Shown here one piece after another: positions 51,647 through 61,508 of a stretch of 64,000 nt of DNA (within the stretch, counting starts at the first letter, position 1; every line of letters starts with the position of its first letter). The position numbers and the translations under genes are program-made. The notes under the pieces are model-generated. The model ran no database searches and was not told where the DNA came from. It was given only the letters and a program-made list of their open reading frames with translations. This DNA comes from an uncultured Bacteroidales bacterium. Lineage in GTDB: Bacteria; Bacteroidota; Bacteroidia; Bacteroidales; WCHB1-69. The stretch is from contig CAMHNQ010000004.1 of NCBI GenBank assembly GCA_946186495.1, positions 12,739 to 76,738 on the forward strand, in the 5' to 3' direction.

Positions 51647-51928
51647 CCAATTAAAAATCAAATAGTCGAACAAATATAGACAAAAAAACATTAACAAACT
51701 GCAACCTTTTGGACTTTTTGTGTCATACGAATAGATAAAAGAATTAATTTTGCAGCGTTGTTTGCTTATCTTGACGTTTAACGGACTTCGCATCAAGGTC
51801 GGCGGCAGCGCGAAGAAGTAAAAAATAGAAGTCCCCAACAATTAAAGAAAACAGTTTACGGAATTAAAGCATCTCAAAATAAAAGTGCATAAACGATAAT
51901 TTCGACAAAAACATAACCTTAACATAGT

Positions 51929-52387
51929 ATGAACGCAACGGACTACATCCAGAAACTTGGCCTCGTGCCACACCCTGAAGGGGGTTATTTCCGCCAGATT
52001 TTCGGCAACGATGACACAGGCGACAAAGCTGTCTCAACCATCTACTACATGCTGACCGCCAATGACATGTCTGCATTCCATCGTCTGCACAACATGACGG
52101 AAATCTGGTATTTCCACGCAGGCGATCCTCTCAACATTTATGTTATCGACCCTGGCGGAACTCTGACCGTCCACAACTTGTCACCCGAAAGGGAAATGCA
52201 GGTCGTAATCCATCCCGAGCAATGGTTCGCCGCCGAGATCCCCTCCAAACGCGGGTTTTGCCTCGTCGGGTGCGCCGTCGGTCCGGCATTCCGTTTCGAA
52301 AACTTCGAGCTGGCACGTAAGGACGAACTGCGGAAGATGTACCCACAGCACTCCACCTTAATCGAAAGGATGTGCAAGGAATCATGA
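51929..52387 (+). CDS. Cupin-fold protein, DUF985-like
   Basis: LGL.PHPEGGYF...F......S.IYY.L.......FHR......W.FH.G.PL is the pattern of the DUF985 cupin family (from memory). Confidence 0.7.
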   Translation: MNATDYIQKLGLVPHPEGGYFRQIFGNDDTGDKAVSTIYYMLTANDMSAFHRLHNMTEIWYFHAGDPLNIYVIDPGGTLTVHNLSPEREMQVVIHPEQWFAAEIPSKRGFCLVGCAVGPAFRFENFELARKDELRKMYPQHSTLIERMCKES

Positions 52388-54741
52388 AAAAGTCAGCCTT
52401 CACCCTCCTTATTCTCCTGCTTGCCATCGTGACGCAAGCGCAGCAACGCGACCGGTTGGGCGAACTGGACGTGGTGTGCCGCAACGAGTGGGTGACCTAT
52501 ACCTCCGTGGCTCCCGACGGCACGCTATGGATGACAACACACTGCGGGGAAATCTACCGCGCCGACGATATCCATTCGCCGTGGCGTATCCTGAAAGAGG
52601 GAACCCTGGGCGGTGACCTCGATGAAACCTTTGAGAATATCGTGGCCTTCGACCGCAACACTGCAGTCATCGTGGGTAATATGTGGCGCGGATATTTCAA
52701 GCGGACCACCACGGGAGGAAAATCGTGGGATAAAATCAAGTACACCAGCAAACAACCACAGGAGTGGTTTCATCCTGTTTGGCGCGGCCAGGGAGGATAT
52801 ATGTGGACGGGTTCTCAGAACGGCTATTTGGCTTTCAGTACCGACAGAGGACGTACCTTCTCCGTGCTGCGCAACACGGCATTCAACGACAAGACCGACA
52901 TCCAGGACATCTACATGCTTTCGGCCGACAGTGGTTGGATCGCCACTCGTGACAACGGAATCTACAGTACCTCAGACAATTGGAAAACCTGTCACTACCT
53001 GTCCACCCCTTTCGGAAAAGGCGTGAGTCGCGTCCGTCCATGGAAAAACTACCTAATAGTGGCGCAAGGCAGCAAGATTTTCTACACCGAAATCGGAGAC
53101 GACGGATGCTGGCGACGCACCCCGTTGGCTCTCAGCGATTTCGAGGCAGATACCGCCACGGGGATGCTGTGGGCACTTGACGAAAACAGGGAAGTCATCA
53201 TGATGGAAGACATCGACCGATGGAAGCCGATGGGCGTGAGTGCGCTGTTCATCATCGGGATGCATGACGGCAATCTTTATTGTCGGGTTAATGAAGGGGT
53301 GATGCGCGTGGGTGCCAGCGGAGCGGTGGACCAATGTCCTTTCCTTACGGCCGAAAAACGTCTCAACAAGCCGGAAAAGATAATTAATCACGGGAGTCTT
53401 AGCTGGGGGTTCGATGAAAAAAGCGTCTATCTCCGCGACCGCAAGGGCTGGTACCGCGTGGCGCGTCCGCTCGACATTGCCGGCGCGACCCCCGACCCCG
53501 ACCGCGAAGACCGCGTCATCATCCTGAACTATGCGGGAGAGAACTTCAGCGTGGATACCGGCGGACGGGCGGAACCCTACATCTACCCGCAGCCGTTAGC
53601 CGATTTTGTCAAGCCGGGCCTACAGCGTGTGGAGATTATGACCTTTTCAACGTTGGGCTACCAAGTTTATAAAGAGACCATCGGTTTTCGTCGCGACGGC
53701 GACCGCTTAGTGGAGGATGCCCGCACGGAAACCAGAGAGAGCTACGACCCTCACCTCAGTAATGGACCCACGAAAAAGACCACCCCGGTGGCTGTTGAGA
53801 ATGATTCAAGCATCCGTCAACTGTCAGCAGCTTCTATAGAAAAGGCCCTGCTGACCCTTGGCGAGCGTTACCACCAATACCCCACTCCGCAGGATTTCGG
53901 CATGGCCGACACCACGCTGGACTTGCACCAGGTCTATGCTGCCAGAAGCATGCACAGCACGAACACGTGCGGCTACACGGTCGCCTTTGTCAACCGGGCT
54001 GGCGACACCCTCATGGCTTGGGGGCAAACCTCCGCCCACGTTGACCTTGGCGGAAGCACGCACTACCCGTGGCTGCTGCCGATGACTTTGAGATGGCGCG
54101 AAGCGGAATTCGTCACTTACCAACCTCTCCTGTGGCAAGCCTTGCGCGGGGCGATGCCCGATAGTATGCTTCTTCGCGAACACCTCGACAACAGCACCCT
54201 GCACCCAAGATATACCCTTCAGAGCGGCGACCTGCTGTTCTTGGACAACAGTCGTTCGGACATGGAGAAAGCCATCACGGCCAGCACGGGCGAATACTCG
54301 CACGTGGCGTTGGTGGAGCGCGACAGCGCTGACGACGTGTGGGTCATCGAGGCCTCGCCGAAGAACGGTGTGCAGCGAGTGCCTTACAGACAATTCGAGA
54401 GGGAACACCTCGTCGGATTCTTCGGAGGAAATATCGACATCTACCGTCTCACCGTCGCTTTCGACACCGCAGCGGTCCTTGCCCGTGCCAAGCGCCTCGT
54501 CGGGAAGCCCTACGACGACACATTCCTGCCCGACAACGACGCCTACTACTGCTCGGAGCTCATCCAGACGGCTTTTGGCGGCATATTCCCTTCGCAGCCG
54601 ATGAACTGGCGCGACGCCGACGGCAACCTGCCCGAATACTGGACAATGCATTTTGAGAAACTCGGTGTGCCCGTCCCTGAAGGCGTTCCCGGCACCAACC
54701 CCACGGACATGAGCAGGTCGCCGCTGCTGTGGAAGTTGTAA
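52384..54741 (+). CDS. Secreted two-domain protein: BNR/Asp-box beta-propeller-like N-terminal region plus C-terminal YiiX-type permuted papain-like (NlpC/P60 superfamily) domain
   Basis: Signal peptide MKKSAFTLLILLLAIVTQAQ. Asp-box-like TTTGGKSWDK and STDRGRTFSV. C-terminal GDLLFLDN...GEYSHVALV...GKPYDD.F...DAYYCSELI has His before Cys, i.e. permuted. The start overlaps the cupin stop (ATGA). Confidence 0.6.
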   Translation: MKKSAFTLLILLLAIVTQAQQRDRLGELDVVCRNEWVTYTSVAPDGTLWMTTHCGEIYRADDIHSPWRILKEGTLGGDLDETFENIVAFDRNTAVIVGNMWRGYFKRTTTGGKSWDKIKYTSKQPQEWFHPVWRGQGGYMWTGSQNGYLAFSTDRGRTFSVLRNTAFNDKTDIQDIYMLSADSGWIATRDNGIYSTSDNWKTCHYLSTPFGKGVSRVRPWKNYLIVAQGSKIFYTEIGDDGCWRRTPLALSDFEADTATGMLWALDENREVIMMEDIDRWKPMGVSALFIIGMHDGNLYCRVNEGVMRVGASGAVDQCPFLTAEKRLNKPEKIINHGSLSWGFDEKSVYLRDRKGWYRVARPLDIAGATPDPDREDRVIILNYAGENFSVDTGGRAEPYIYPQPLADFVKPGLQRVEIMTFSTLGYQVYKETIGFRRDGDRLVEDARTETRESYDPHLSNGPTKKTTPVAVENDSSIRQLSAASIEKALLTLGERYHQYPTPQDFGMADTTLDLHQVYAARSMHSTNTCGYTVAFVNRAGDTLMAWGQTSAHVDLGGSTHYPWLLPMTLRWREAEFVTYQPLLWQALRGAMPDSMLLREHLDNSTLHPRYTLQSGDLLFLDNSRSDMEKAITASTGEYSHVALVERDSADDVWVIEASPKNGVQRVPYRQFEREHLVGFFGGNIDIYRLTVAFDTAAVLARAKRLVGKPYDDTFLPDNDAYYCSELIQTAFGGIFPSQPMNWRDADGNLPEYWTMHFEKLGVPVPEGVPGTNPTDMSRSPLLWKL

Positions 54742-54868
54742 AAATCGCATTTCCCATCAGGGCTTACGCATCAACTTCACCAAGCGCACGAGCAGCGGAC
54801 TGTGATTCGCTGATTTAGGTTGTCACTTTTGTGTCTTGCGACTGAACCAAGTTGACGGGTTAAAGGCT

Positions 54869-54909
54869 GTAGTACGGACGCGATTAATCGTGTCCGTACT
54901 ACTGTTTTT
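54869..54909 (+). terminator. Rho-independent terminator built from a third copy of the palindromic element (GTAGTACGGAC-GCGATTAATCGT-GTCCGTACTAC + TGTTTTT)
   Basis: An 11-bp perfect outer stem, with the inner CGATTAATCG also self-complementary, and a T-run. It lies 128 nt after the stop at 54741. Confidence 0.6.
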
Positions 54910-55051
54910 AGTTGTCAGCCGTCCGCATCCGTACGTTTTTGCGACGCTTGGAAGCATCAACTCCTACGCGCCAGCTCGGACAAACAAAAAAGTTGATGCG
55001 CAAACCTTGCATTTTCCCCGTCAACATCGCCACGGGCATTGATAAATTATG

Positions 55052-55059
55052 TATATTTG
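55052..55059 (+). promoter_or_regulatory. -7 promoter motif TATATTTG for the acetyltransferase gene
   Basis: Exact TAnnTTTG, 63 nt upstream of the ATG at 55122. Confidence 0.4.
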
Positions 55060-55121
55060 CCGTTGTAATCCTTGTTAGAAAGGAATTCAAAAAGTAAGGA
55101 CAAATAAAATCCAGACAGACT

Positions 55122-55688
55122 ATGACTGAATACGAAAAAATGCTCAACAACCTGCCGTATGACTATACGGACGAGGAGATACAGGCCCGCATCCTGAACA
55201 CCTACTATGCCATGCGCGACCTTAACCGCTGCGGCGCGTGGGACATGGAAGAGTTCCGCCGCTGTATGCTGGCCCTGCTTCCCCACGCGCACCCCTCCGC
55301 CCTGGTAATCCCGCCGTTCCATTGCGACCACGGCGACCGCATCACCCTCGGCGAGGGCGTGGTGATCAACTTCAACGGCGTGTTCCTCGACGGCGGCGGC
55401 ATCACCATCGGGCACCACACCCTGATAGGCCCCAACTGCCAGCTGCTCACGCCCGACCACCCGCACGACTACCTGGAGCGCCGCAAAACTATCGAGACGG
55501 GACTGCCCATCCGCATCGGCGACGACTGCTGGTTGGGCGGCGGCATGATTGTATGCCCGGGCGTGACCATCGGCAACCGCGTCATCGTCGGCGCCGGAAG
55601 CGTTGTCACACACGACATTCCCGACGATGTGGTCGTGGCCGGCAACCCTGCAAGAATCATCAAGCGAACAGATCCCCCGCAGAAGTAA
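55122..55688 (+). CDS. Sugar O-acetyltransferase (maltose/galactoside acetyltransferase-like, left-handed beta-helix)
   Basis: Mac-type N-terminus (M..GE.Y...D.E) and hexapeptide repeats (IGDDCWLGGGMIVCPGVTIGNRVIVGAGSVV). Confidence 0.85.
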   Translation: MTEYEKMLNNLPYDYTDEEIQARILNTYYAMRDLNRCGAWDMEEFRRCMLALLPHAHPSALVIPPFHCDHGDRITLGEGVVINFNGVFLDGGGITIGHHTLIGPNCQLLTPDHPHDYLERRKTIETGLPIRIGDDCWLGGGMIVCPGVTIGNRVIVGAGSVVTHDIPDDVVVAGNPARIIKRTDPPQK

Positions 55689-55798
55689 TTCAAGCTCCAC
55701 GCCTGTGATTTCAGGCGAAGCCCGAAGCCGAAGGCCGCGCCACGGGTTCTCAAAAACAGGACCGAAAAATTCCACCATGCTGTTTCAAAAAAAAATCG

Positions 55799-55806
55799 TA
55801 TCTTTG
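55799..55806 (+). promoter_or_regulatory. -7 promoter motif TATCTTTG for the mtaB operon
   Basis: Exact TAnnTTTG, 59 nt upstream of the ATG at 55865. Confidence 0.45.
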
Positions 55807-55864
55807 CACGCTAAAATTTTTATCTTTTTTAGACATATATTTTATTGACAATCAAACTGTTAAA

Positions 55865-57091
55865 ATGAAGAACTTCGAGATACACACGTTGGGATGCAAG
55901 TTAAACTACAGCGAGTCGTCCTCCATTGCAGCGGAACTTGAAAAGCGCGGTTGGTCGCAGGGCGGCGTCCCGGAAATCATCATCGTGAACACCTGCGCGG
56001 TGACCGGTTCCGCCGAGAAGAAGACCCGCAATCTGGTGTCTAAGCTGCACCGCGAGAACCCGTTGGCCGCCATCATGCTCATCGGCTGCTACAGCGCCCT
56101 GAAGCCGGAGCTGCTCGAGCGCTGGGCCGGGGTCGACAAGGTCTTCGGCAGTGCCAACAAGATGAGTGTCGTCGACTATGTCGTCTCCCGCGAGGTGAAA
56201 GCGGCTCCCAACTTCTTCGCCACCTACTCCATCCACGACCGCACCCGCTCCTTCCTCAAGATCCAGGACGGATGCAACACCCACTGCACCTACTGCACGG
56301 TGTGGATTGCGCGCGGCAAGAGCCGCAGCGACAGCATCGACGGCGTACTCAGGAACATCCAGGAGATTGCCGACCAAGGCGTGCACGAGGTCAACCTCAC
56401 TGGCGTGAACATCGGCGACTTCGGACGGGGCACCAACGAGGACTTCACCAAGCTCATCAAGGCCATCGTCAAGCAGAACGCCATCGAACGCGTGCGCATC
56501 TCATCCCTCGAACCCGAACTGCTCACCGACGACATCATCAAGCTCGTGGCCAAGAACGACATCCTAATGCCGCACTTCCACCTGCCCCTGCAGTCGGGCT
56601 GCGACCGCATCCTCTCCGAAATGCGCCGCCGCTACACCACCGCCGAATACGCCGAAAAGGTCAAGAAAATCAAGAAACTGATGCCCGACGCCTGCATCGC
56701 CTGCGACGTCATCGCGGGCTTCCCGGGCGAAACCGACGAGGAGTTCGAGGAGACCTACAACTTCCTCTCCGAACTGCCGGTCAGCTACATGCACGTCTTC
56801 CCCTACTCCCGCCGCCCCCGCACCGCCGCCAACATCATGGACGGCCAGATCTCCGAAGAAGTCAAGGACGAACGCGCACAACGCCTCATCGCCCTCTCCA
56901 ACGAGAAAAAACGCGCCTTCTACGAACAATGCGCAGGACAGGAACGCCCCGTCCTGGTGGAGTCACAGGTGAACGACGACATGCTCTCCGGCTTCACCGA
57001 CAACTACATCCGCGTGCAAGTGCCCTACAACGAGGAAATCATCAACACCATCCAAACTGTCACCGTTGACCCATGCCGCACCGTGTTGTAA
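55865..57091 (+). CDS. mtaB: tRNA (t6A37) methylthiotransferase MtaB (radical SAM)
   Basis: N-terminal UPF0004 cysteines (GCKLN...NTCAVT), the radical-SAM CNTHCTYC motif and a C-terminal TRAM-like region. Confidence 0.9.
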   Translation: MKNFEIHTLGCKLNYSESSSIAAELEKRGWSQGGVPEIIIVNTCAVTGSAEKKTRNLVSKLHRENPLAAIMLIGCYSALKPELLERWAGVDKVFGSANKMSVVDYVVSREVKAAPNFFATYSIHDRTRSFLKIQDGCNTHCTYCTVWIARGKSRSDSIDGVLRNIQEIADQGVHEVNLTGVNIGDFGRGTNEDFTKLIKAIVKQNAIERVRISSLEPELLTDDIIKLVAKNDILMPHFHLPLQSGCDRILSEMRRRYTTAEYAEKVKKIKKLMPDACIACDVIAGFPGETDEEFEETYNFLSELPVSYMHVFPYSRRPRTAANIMDGQISEEVKDERAQRLIALSNEKKRAFYEQCAGQERPVLVESQVNDDMLSGFTDNYIRVQVPYNEEIINTIQTVTVDPCRTVL

Positions 57092-58305
57092 GACTCCTGA
57101 ACGGTCTTAGGCTGCTGCATATCCCCACCTCGTCGCCCATTTCCCATTTCGGCATCCTCGTGGACACCGGCACCCGCGACGAACCCGCCGAGCACCCCGG
57201 CCTGGCCCATTTTGTGGAACACACCATCTTCAAAGGCACTGAGAAACGCAACGGCTACCGCATCATCAACCGAATGGAGAATGTGGGCGGTGACCTCAAC
57301 GCCAGCACTTCCAAGGAGGAGACAGACTTCTACGCCTCGTTCCTATCCCCCGACTACCCGCGCGCCGTCGAACTGCTCGCCGACATATTCTTCCATGCCA
57401 CTTTCCCAAAGAAAGAGCTCGAGAAGGAGAAGACCGTCATCTACGAGGAAATCAATTACTATAACGACAGCCCTTCCGAACTGATTTTCGACGACTTCGA
57501 GTCGCTGGTTTTCCAAGGGCATGACATGGGCAAAAACATCCTTGGCACCAAGGAGAGCGTGCATGACATCCAACGGGAGGACATCCTTGGCTTCATCGCG
57601 CGGGACTACACCCTGGAGAACGTGGTACTGGCCTCTGTGGGCAACATCGGCACGGCGCAGCTGGTCCGCCTCTGCGAGAAGCATTTCGGAGATGGCAATC
57701 TGAGACATGGCTCGCGCACCCGCACCCCTTTCGCCAGCTATATACCGCAATCCCGCACCCTGCGCAAGAACGCCTCGCAGACCAACGTGCTCACCGGCGG
57801 GCTCGCCTACCACATCCGCCACCCCAAACGCATCCCATTCCTGCTGCTGAACAACCTGCTTGGCGGCCAAGGACAAAACACGCGCCTGAACATGAGCGTA
57901 CGCGAAAAAAAAGGGCTGGCCTACACCATAGAGTCCTACTTCAACGCCTTTTCCGACTGTGGACTGTTCTCCATCTATTTCGGATGCGACACCCATGAGC
58001 GAGACCACTGTTTAGAGCTGGTATACAAAGAGTTGAAAAAACTGAGACAGCAAAAATTAGGCACCCTGCAACTCTACTATGCCAAGAAGCAGTACATCGG
58101 ACAGCTCGCGCTCGCGCAGGAGAGCAAGCTCAACGAACTGCTCTCGGCAGGACACATGGCCCTCTTCCACGACGAAGTGGCCGACACCGACGAGAACATC
58201 CGCACACTGGAGGCCATCACGGCCGACGAACTCATAGAAACAGCCAACGAGATTTTCGACATCTCCCATTTTTCCACCCTCATCTACGACCCTGAAGAAG
58301 AATGA
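57073..58305 (+). CDS. M16 family (pitrilysin/insulinase-like) zinc peptidase
   Basis: HxxEH motif in GLAHFVEHTIFKGT, plus the downstream EE...Y...E. It overlaps the mtaB end by 19 nt. Confidence 0.85.
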   Translation: MPHRVVRLLNGLRLLHIPTSSPISHFGILVDTGTRDEPAEHPGLAHFVEHTIFKGTEKRNGYRIINRMENVGGDLNASTSKEETDFYASFLSPDYPRAVELLADIFFHATFPKKELEKEKTVIYEEINYYNDSPSELIFDDFESLVFQGHDMGKNILGTKESVHDIQREDILGFIARDYTLENVVLASVGNIGTAQLVRLCEKHFGDGNLRHGSRTRTPFASYIPQSRTLRKNASQTNVLTGGLAYHIRHPKRIPFLLLNNLLGGQGQNTRLNMSVREKKGLAYTIESYFNAFSDCGLFSIYFGCDTHERDHCLELVYKELKKLRQQKLGTLQLYYAKKQYIGQLALAQESKLNELLSAGHMALFHDEVADTDENIRTLEAITADELIETANEIFDISHFSTLIYDPEEE

Positions 58306-58931
58306 TTTCACTATATTCCAAGCACTTAGAGAACGCCGTCAACGAGATTTCCAAACTTCCCGGCATCGGGAAGCGGTCGGCACTACGCCTGGCCCTCCAT
58401 CTGATCAAACAGGACGAGGCCAACGTGCAACTGCTCACCGACCGCATCAACAAGCTCAAAACCGACGTGGTCTTCTGCCGGCAGTGCCACAATATCTCCG
58501 ACAACGAGATTTGCGACATCTGCGCGAACCCGAAACGGGACAACGGCGTCATTTGCGTTGTGCAGGACATCCGCGACGTCATCGCCATAGAGAACACCCA
58601 CCAGTATCTGGGAGTCTACCATGTCCTCGGCGGAGTCATCTCCCCGATGGACGGCATCGGCATCCAGCAGCTCACCCTCCAGCAACTCTTCGACCGCGTG
58701 GAGAGGGGGGACGTCAAGGAAATCATCCTTGCCCTGCCGGCCACTGTGGAGGGCGACACCACCAACTTCTTCATATACAAGAACATCCAAGACAAAGTAC
58801 CGACCATCACCACCATTGCGCGCGGGATTGGCGTGGGCGAGGAACTGGAATATGCTGACGAGGCCACCCTCGGCCGCTCGATCGTGGCCAGGACAGCCTT
58901 CGGCACTGCCTACGGTAACAAGCACGAGTAG
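58302..58931 (+). CDS. recR: Recombination protein RecR
   Basis: LPGIGKRSALRLALHL helix-hairpin-helix, the C4 zinc finger CRQCHNISDNEICDIC and a Toprim domain (VCVVQDIRDV). ATGA overlap with the M16 gene. Confidence 0.95.
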   Translation: MISLYSKHLENAVNEISKLPGIGKRSALRLALHLIKQDEANVQLLTDRINKLKTDVVFCRQCHNISDNEICDICANPKRDNGVICVVQDIRDVIAIENTHQYLGVYHVLGGVISPMDGIGIQQLTLQQLFDRVERGDVKEIILALPATVEGDTTNFFIYKNIQDKVPTITTIARGIGVGEELEYADEATLGRSIVARTAFGTAYGNKHE

Positions 58932-59095
58932 AACCGGCCAATACCGCACTAAGAAAGTCCAAACACCTAACCAACAGCTTATTACAAATTATTTTCCGAA
59001 AAACGAAAAAAAGCTGTAACGTTTAGACAGATATTTTCGTTAAGCATAATGTATACAATATATCATTAAGTGTAAGACATCAACAATTAGGGCAT

Positions 59096-61401
59096 ATGAA
59101 AAAAACGACTTTCATCTTGTTAATCATCTTGTTGACAGTAGCTTTCGGATTTGGGCAAAGTTACCAATACCAGCCTTGGACCCCTGCGATGGGCGAATTG
59201 GATTTCATGACCTTGGGAGACGCGGCGCACCCCTACGTGCAGACCAAATACAGCAACAACTACACCTCCCCCTCCACCATAGGCATCCAAGGTTCGGGCA
59301 CATCGTCATCTCACCGGCTCATCACGGTCCAGAGTGACGACCCCTGTCGCTGCTACCAGGCGACCCCAAACAGCCCGTACATCCACGAAAAATACCTGCC
59401 TTTGAACTGGGCGGACACGATCGGGAACGTCCTGAACGCGGACGACTACCTGGACGCCGTCATCCAAATCGGGTGCGGCACCTCCAACAACACCTGCAAC
59501 AAGGCGGCCCAGATCGAATACTGGTTCTACCCACAGCCCGACGAGAGCACCCTGCTGATCAAGTTCTCCTTCGCCATCCAGGACATTTCGTCCACGCACG
59601 GCGTGGAGATGGGATGCGGCTCCATCCGGCAGCCCCAGTTCTGGATCGAGATCTTCGACGGCGAGACCGGCCAACTTCTCAACACCGGATACTACCCCAC
59701 CAAGGCTTCCGCGATGACCAACAACCCTGTGCCGAACACCAACTGGCCCTATTCGCGTTTTCTCGCCTGGCCGAGCGGATGCTCCAGCGGCAGTGACTCC
59801 CAGAACCCCGCCGACGACTACGGCATCACCACCTATTACTGGGCCGGGCAGAATGCCAACGGCTACGCCACCCCGACCACCTTCACGTTCCGAGACTGCC
59901 CGAGCAACCAAACGGGGGGCAACAGCAGCCAACCTGTCAAATGGTTCGAGTACAAGCCACTGGCCTTCAATCTGAGCGCACAAGCGAAAATGAACGTGGA
60001 CCAAAACGGCAACCCCATCAACGCAAAATCCGTGAAGCTGCGTATCCGCACTGCCGGATGCAGCGCGACCGCGCACTGGGCTTATGGACTGTATGCGGCC
60101 AAGATGATCCCCGGACAGATCAAGGTGGACGCCTGCGGTGGCGACGACATCCACTTCTCCGTGCCAGCCGGCTTCATCCCCGACACATACGAATGGCACT
60201 ACGGCTACGACTCCGCCGACGCCAAAAACAAGATCTGGGACCTCTCCACCCCCATGCCCGGCATCCACGTGGAATCCTACGACGTCTTCCTCAACCGGGA
60301 CACCGCCCGCATCTGGCCCTACTACCGCTGCGAAATAAAATCCTACACCGGCGTGCCCTTCATCTACGAGGCTCACGTCAAATCCTACTACATCGAGCCC
60401 AACCTGACCTTCGTGCAGAACTTCAACAACTGTGACTTGAGCGCGACCCTGATTGACAGCAGCCGCGTCTACACGGTCATACCCCCCACTTACCAGGGAG
60501 GCTCGGAAGACACTGTCCATCAAGAGACCCAATTCATCAACTGGTATGTGAAACGCTACAACAACTTCATCCCAATCGGCACGAACATCACCACAATCGA
60601 GAATTTCACTTTCGACTCCACCACTATTTCCCCGAACGGTTTGGCCACACTCAAAATTGTGGTGCAGGACGAGGAGAGAAAGTGCATCGACTCCATCGAG
60701 AAGGACATTGTTCTCGACATTTCCTCCATCGAGAAAGTTTACAGCGTGGACACCGTGGTGACCTGTGAGGAGAAGCTGCCCTATCTCTTCGACCAGGCCT
60801 ATTTCGGAGACACACAGTCCTGGTCAACCGAAGGCACGCGCCGGGTCAACTATCAGGGGCTTGCCTGGAACGGCTGCGACAGTCTGGTGGATGTCACGTT
60901 AATCGTGCGAAAGCCCACGGTGGAAGTGGTGTTCGACTTGGACTACTGCGACGAGTTCCGGACCACGCTGACCGCAGCCTCGGACGACCACGTTTCGGAA
61001 TACAACTGGAGCACGGGAGAGAACACCCCAAGCATCACCATCACGGCACCAGGCACCTACAGTGTGTCTATCCTCAACGAGGAGGGGTGTGCCGCTTCCA
61101 ACAGCATCACCATCCCGGCCTGCAAGCCCTTCCTGAACCTGCCCAACACCATAACCCCAAGCAATGTCGACGGACTGAACGACTACTTCTACATTCCGCA
61201 GCGCAACCTGATCCAGTCCCTCGAGTTCACGGTATCAACCGAAACGGAGAAGTCGTTTACCACACCACCAACAAGGATTTCGAGTGGAACGGCTCCGAAA
61301 ACGGCCGGATATACCCCGGTTCCACATACTCTTACACTTTGAAAATCACCGACTATGAGGGGGTTTCCTCCTCGCACAAAGGATCCATCACGATTTTGTA
61401 G
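59096..61401 (+). pseudogene. Secreted protein with T9SS type-B C-terminal sorting domain, interrupted by a frameshift near 61231-61236
   Basis: Frame 2 reads ...LPNTITPSNVDGLNDYFYIPQRNLIQSLEFTV. Frame 1 continues INRNGEVVYHTTNKDFEWNGSENGRIYPGSTYSYTLKITDYEGVSSSHKGSITIL*. Together these reconstitute a gliding-motility-type CTD. A strong terminator follows the frame-1 stop. Confidence 0.65.
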
Positions 61402-61429
61402 AGTCGCACGGGAACACACCTTATAAAAG

Positions 61430-61456
61430 CAGAGACGGGAAACCGTCTCTGTTTTT
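61430..61456 (+). terminator. Rho-independent terminator (CAGAGACGG-GAAA-CCGTCTCTG + T5)
   Basis: A 9-bp perfect stem with a GNRA loop and a T-run, 29 nt after the stop at 61401. Confidence 0.75.
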
Positions 61457-61508
61457 GTGGAGAGAAACCGGCAACAGACCAGACACCCGACAAAGAGAAC
61501 TCACCAAT

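Noticed and set aside
61225-61240. Programmed ribosomal frameshift in the T9SS-CTD gene
   Set aside because: There is no slippery heptamer, homopolymer or obvious downstream stimulatory structure at the junction. A mutation or a sequencing error is more economical.
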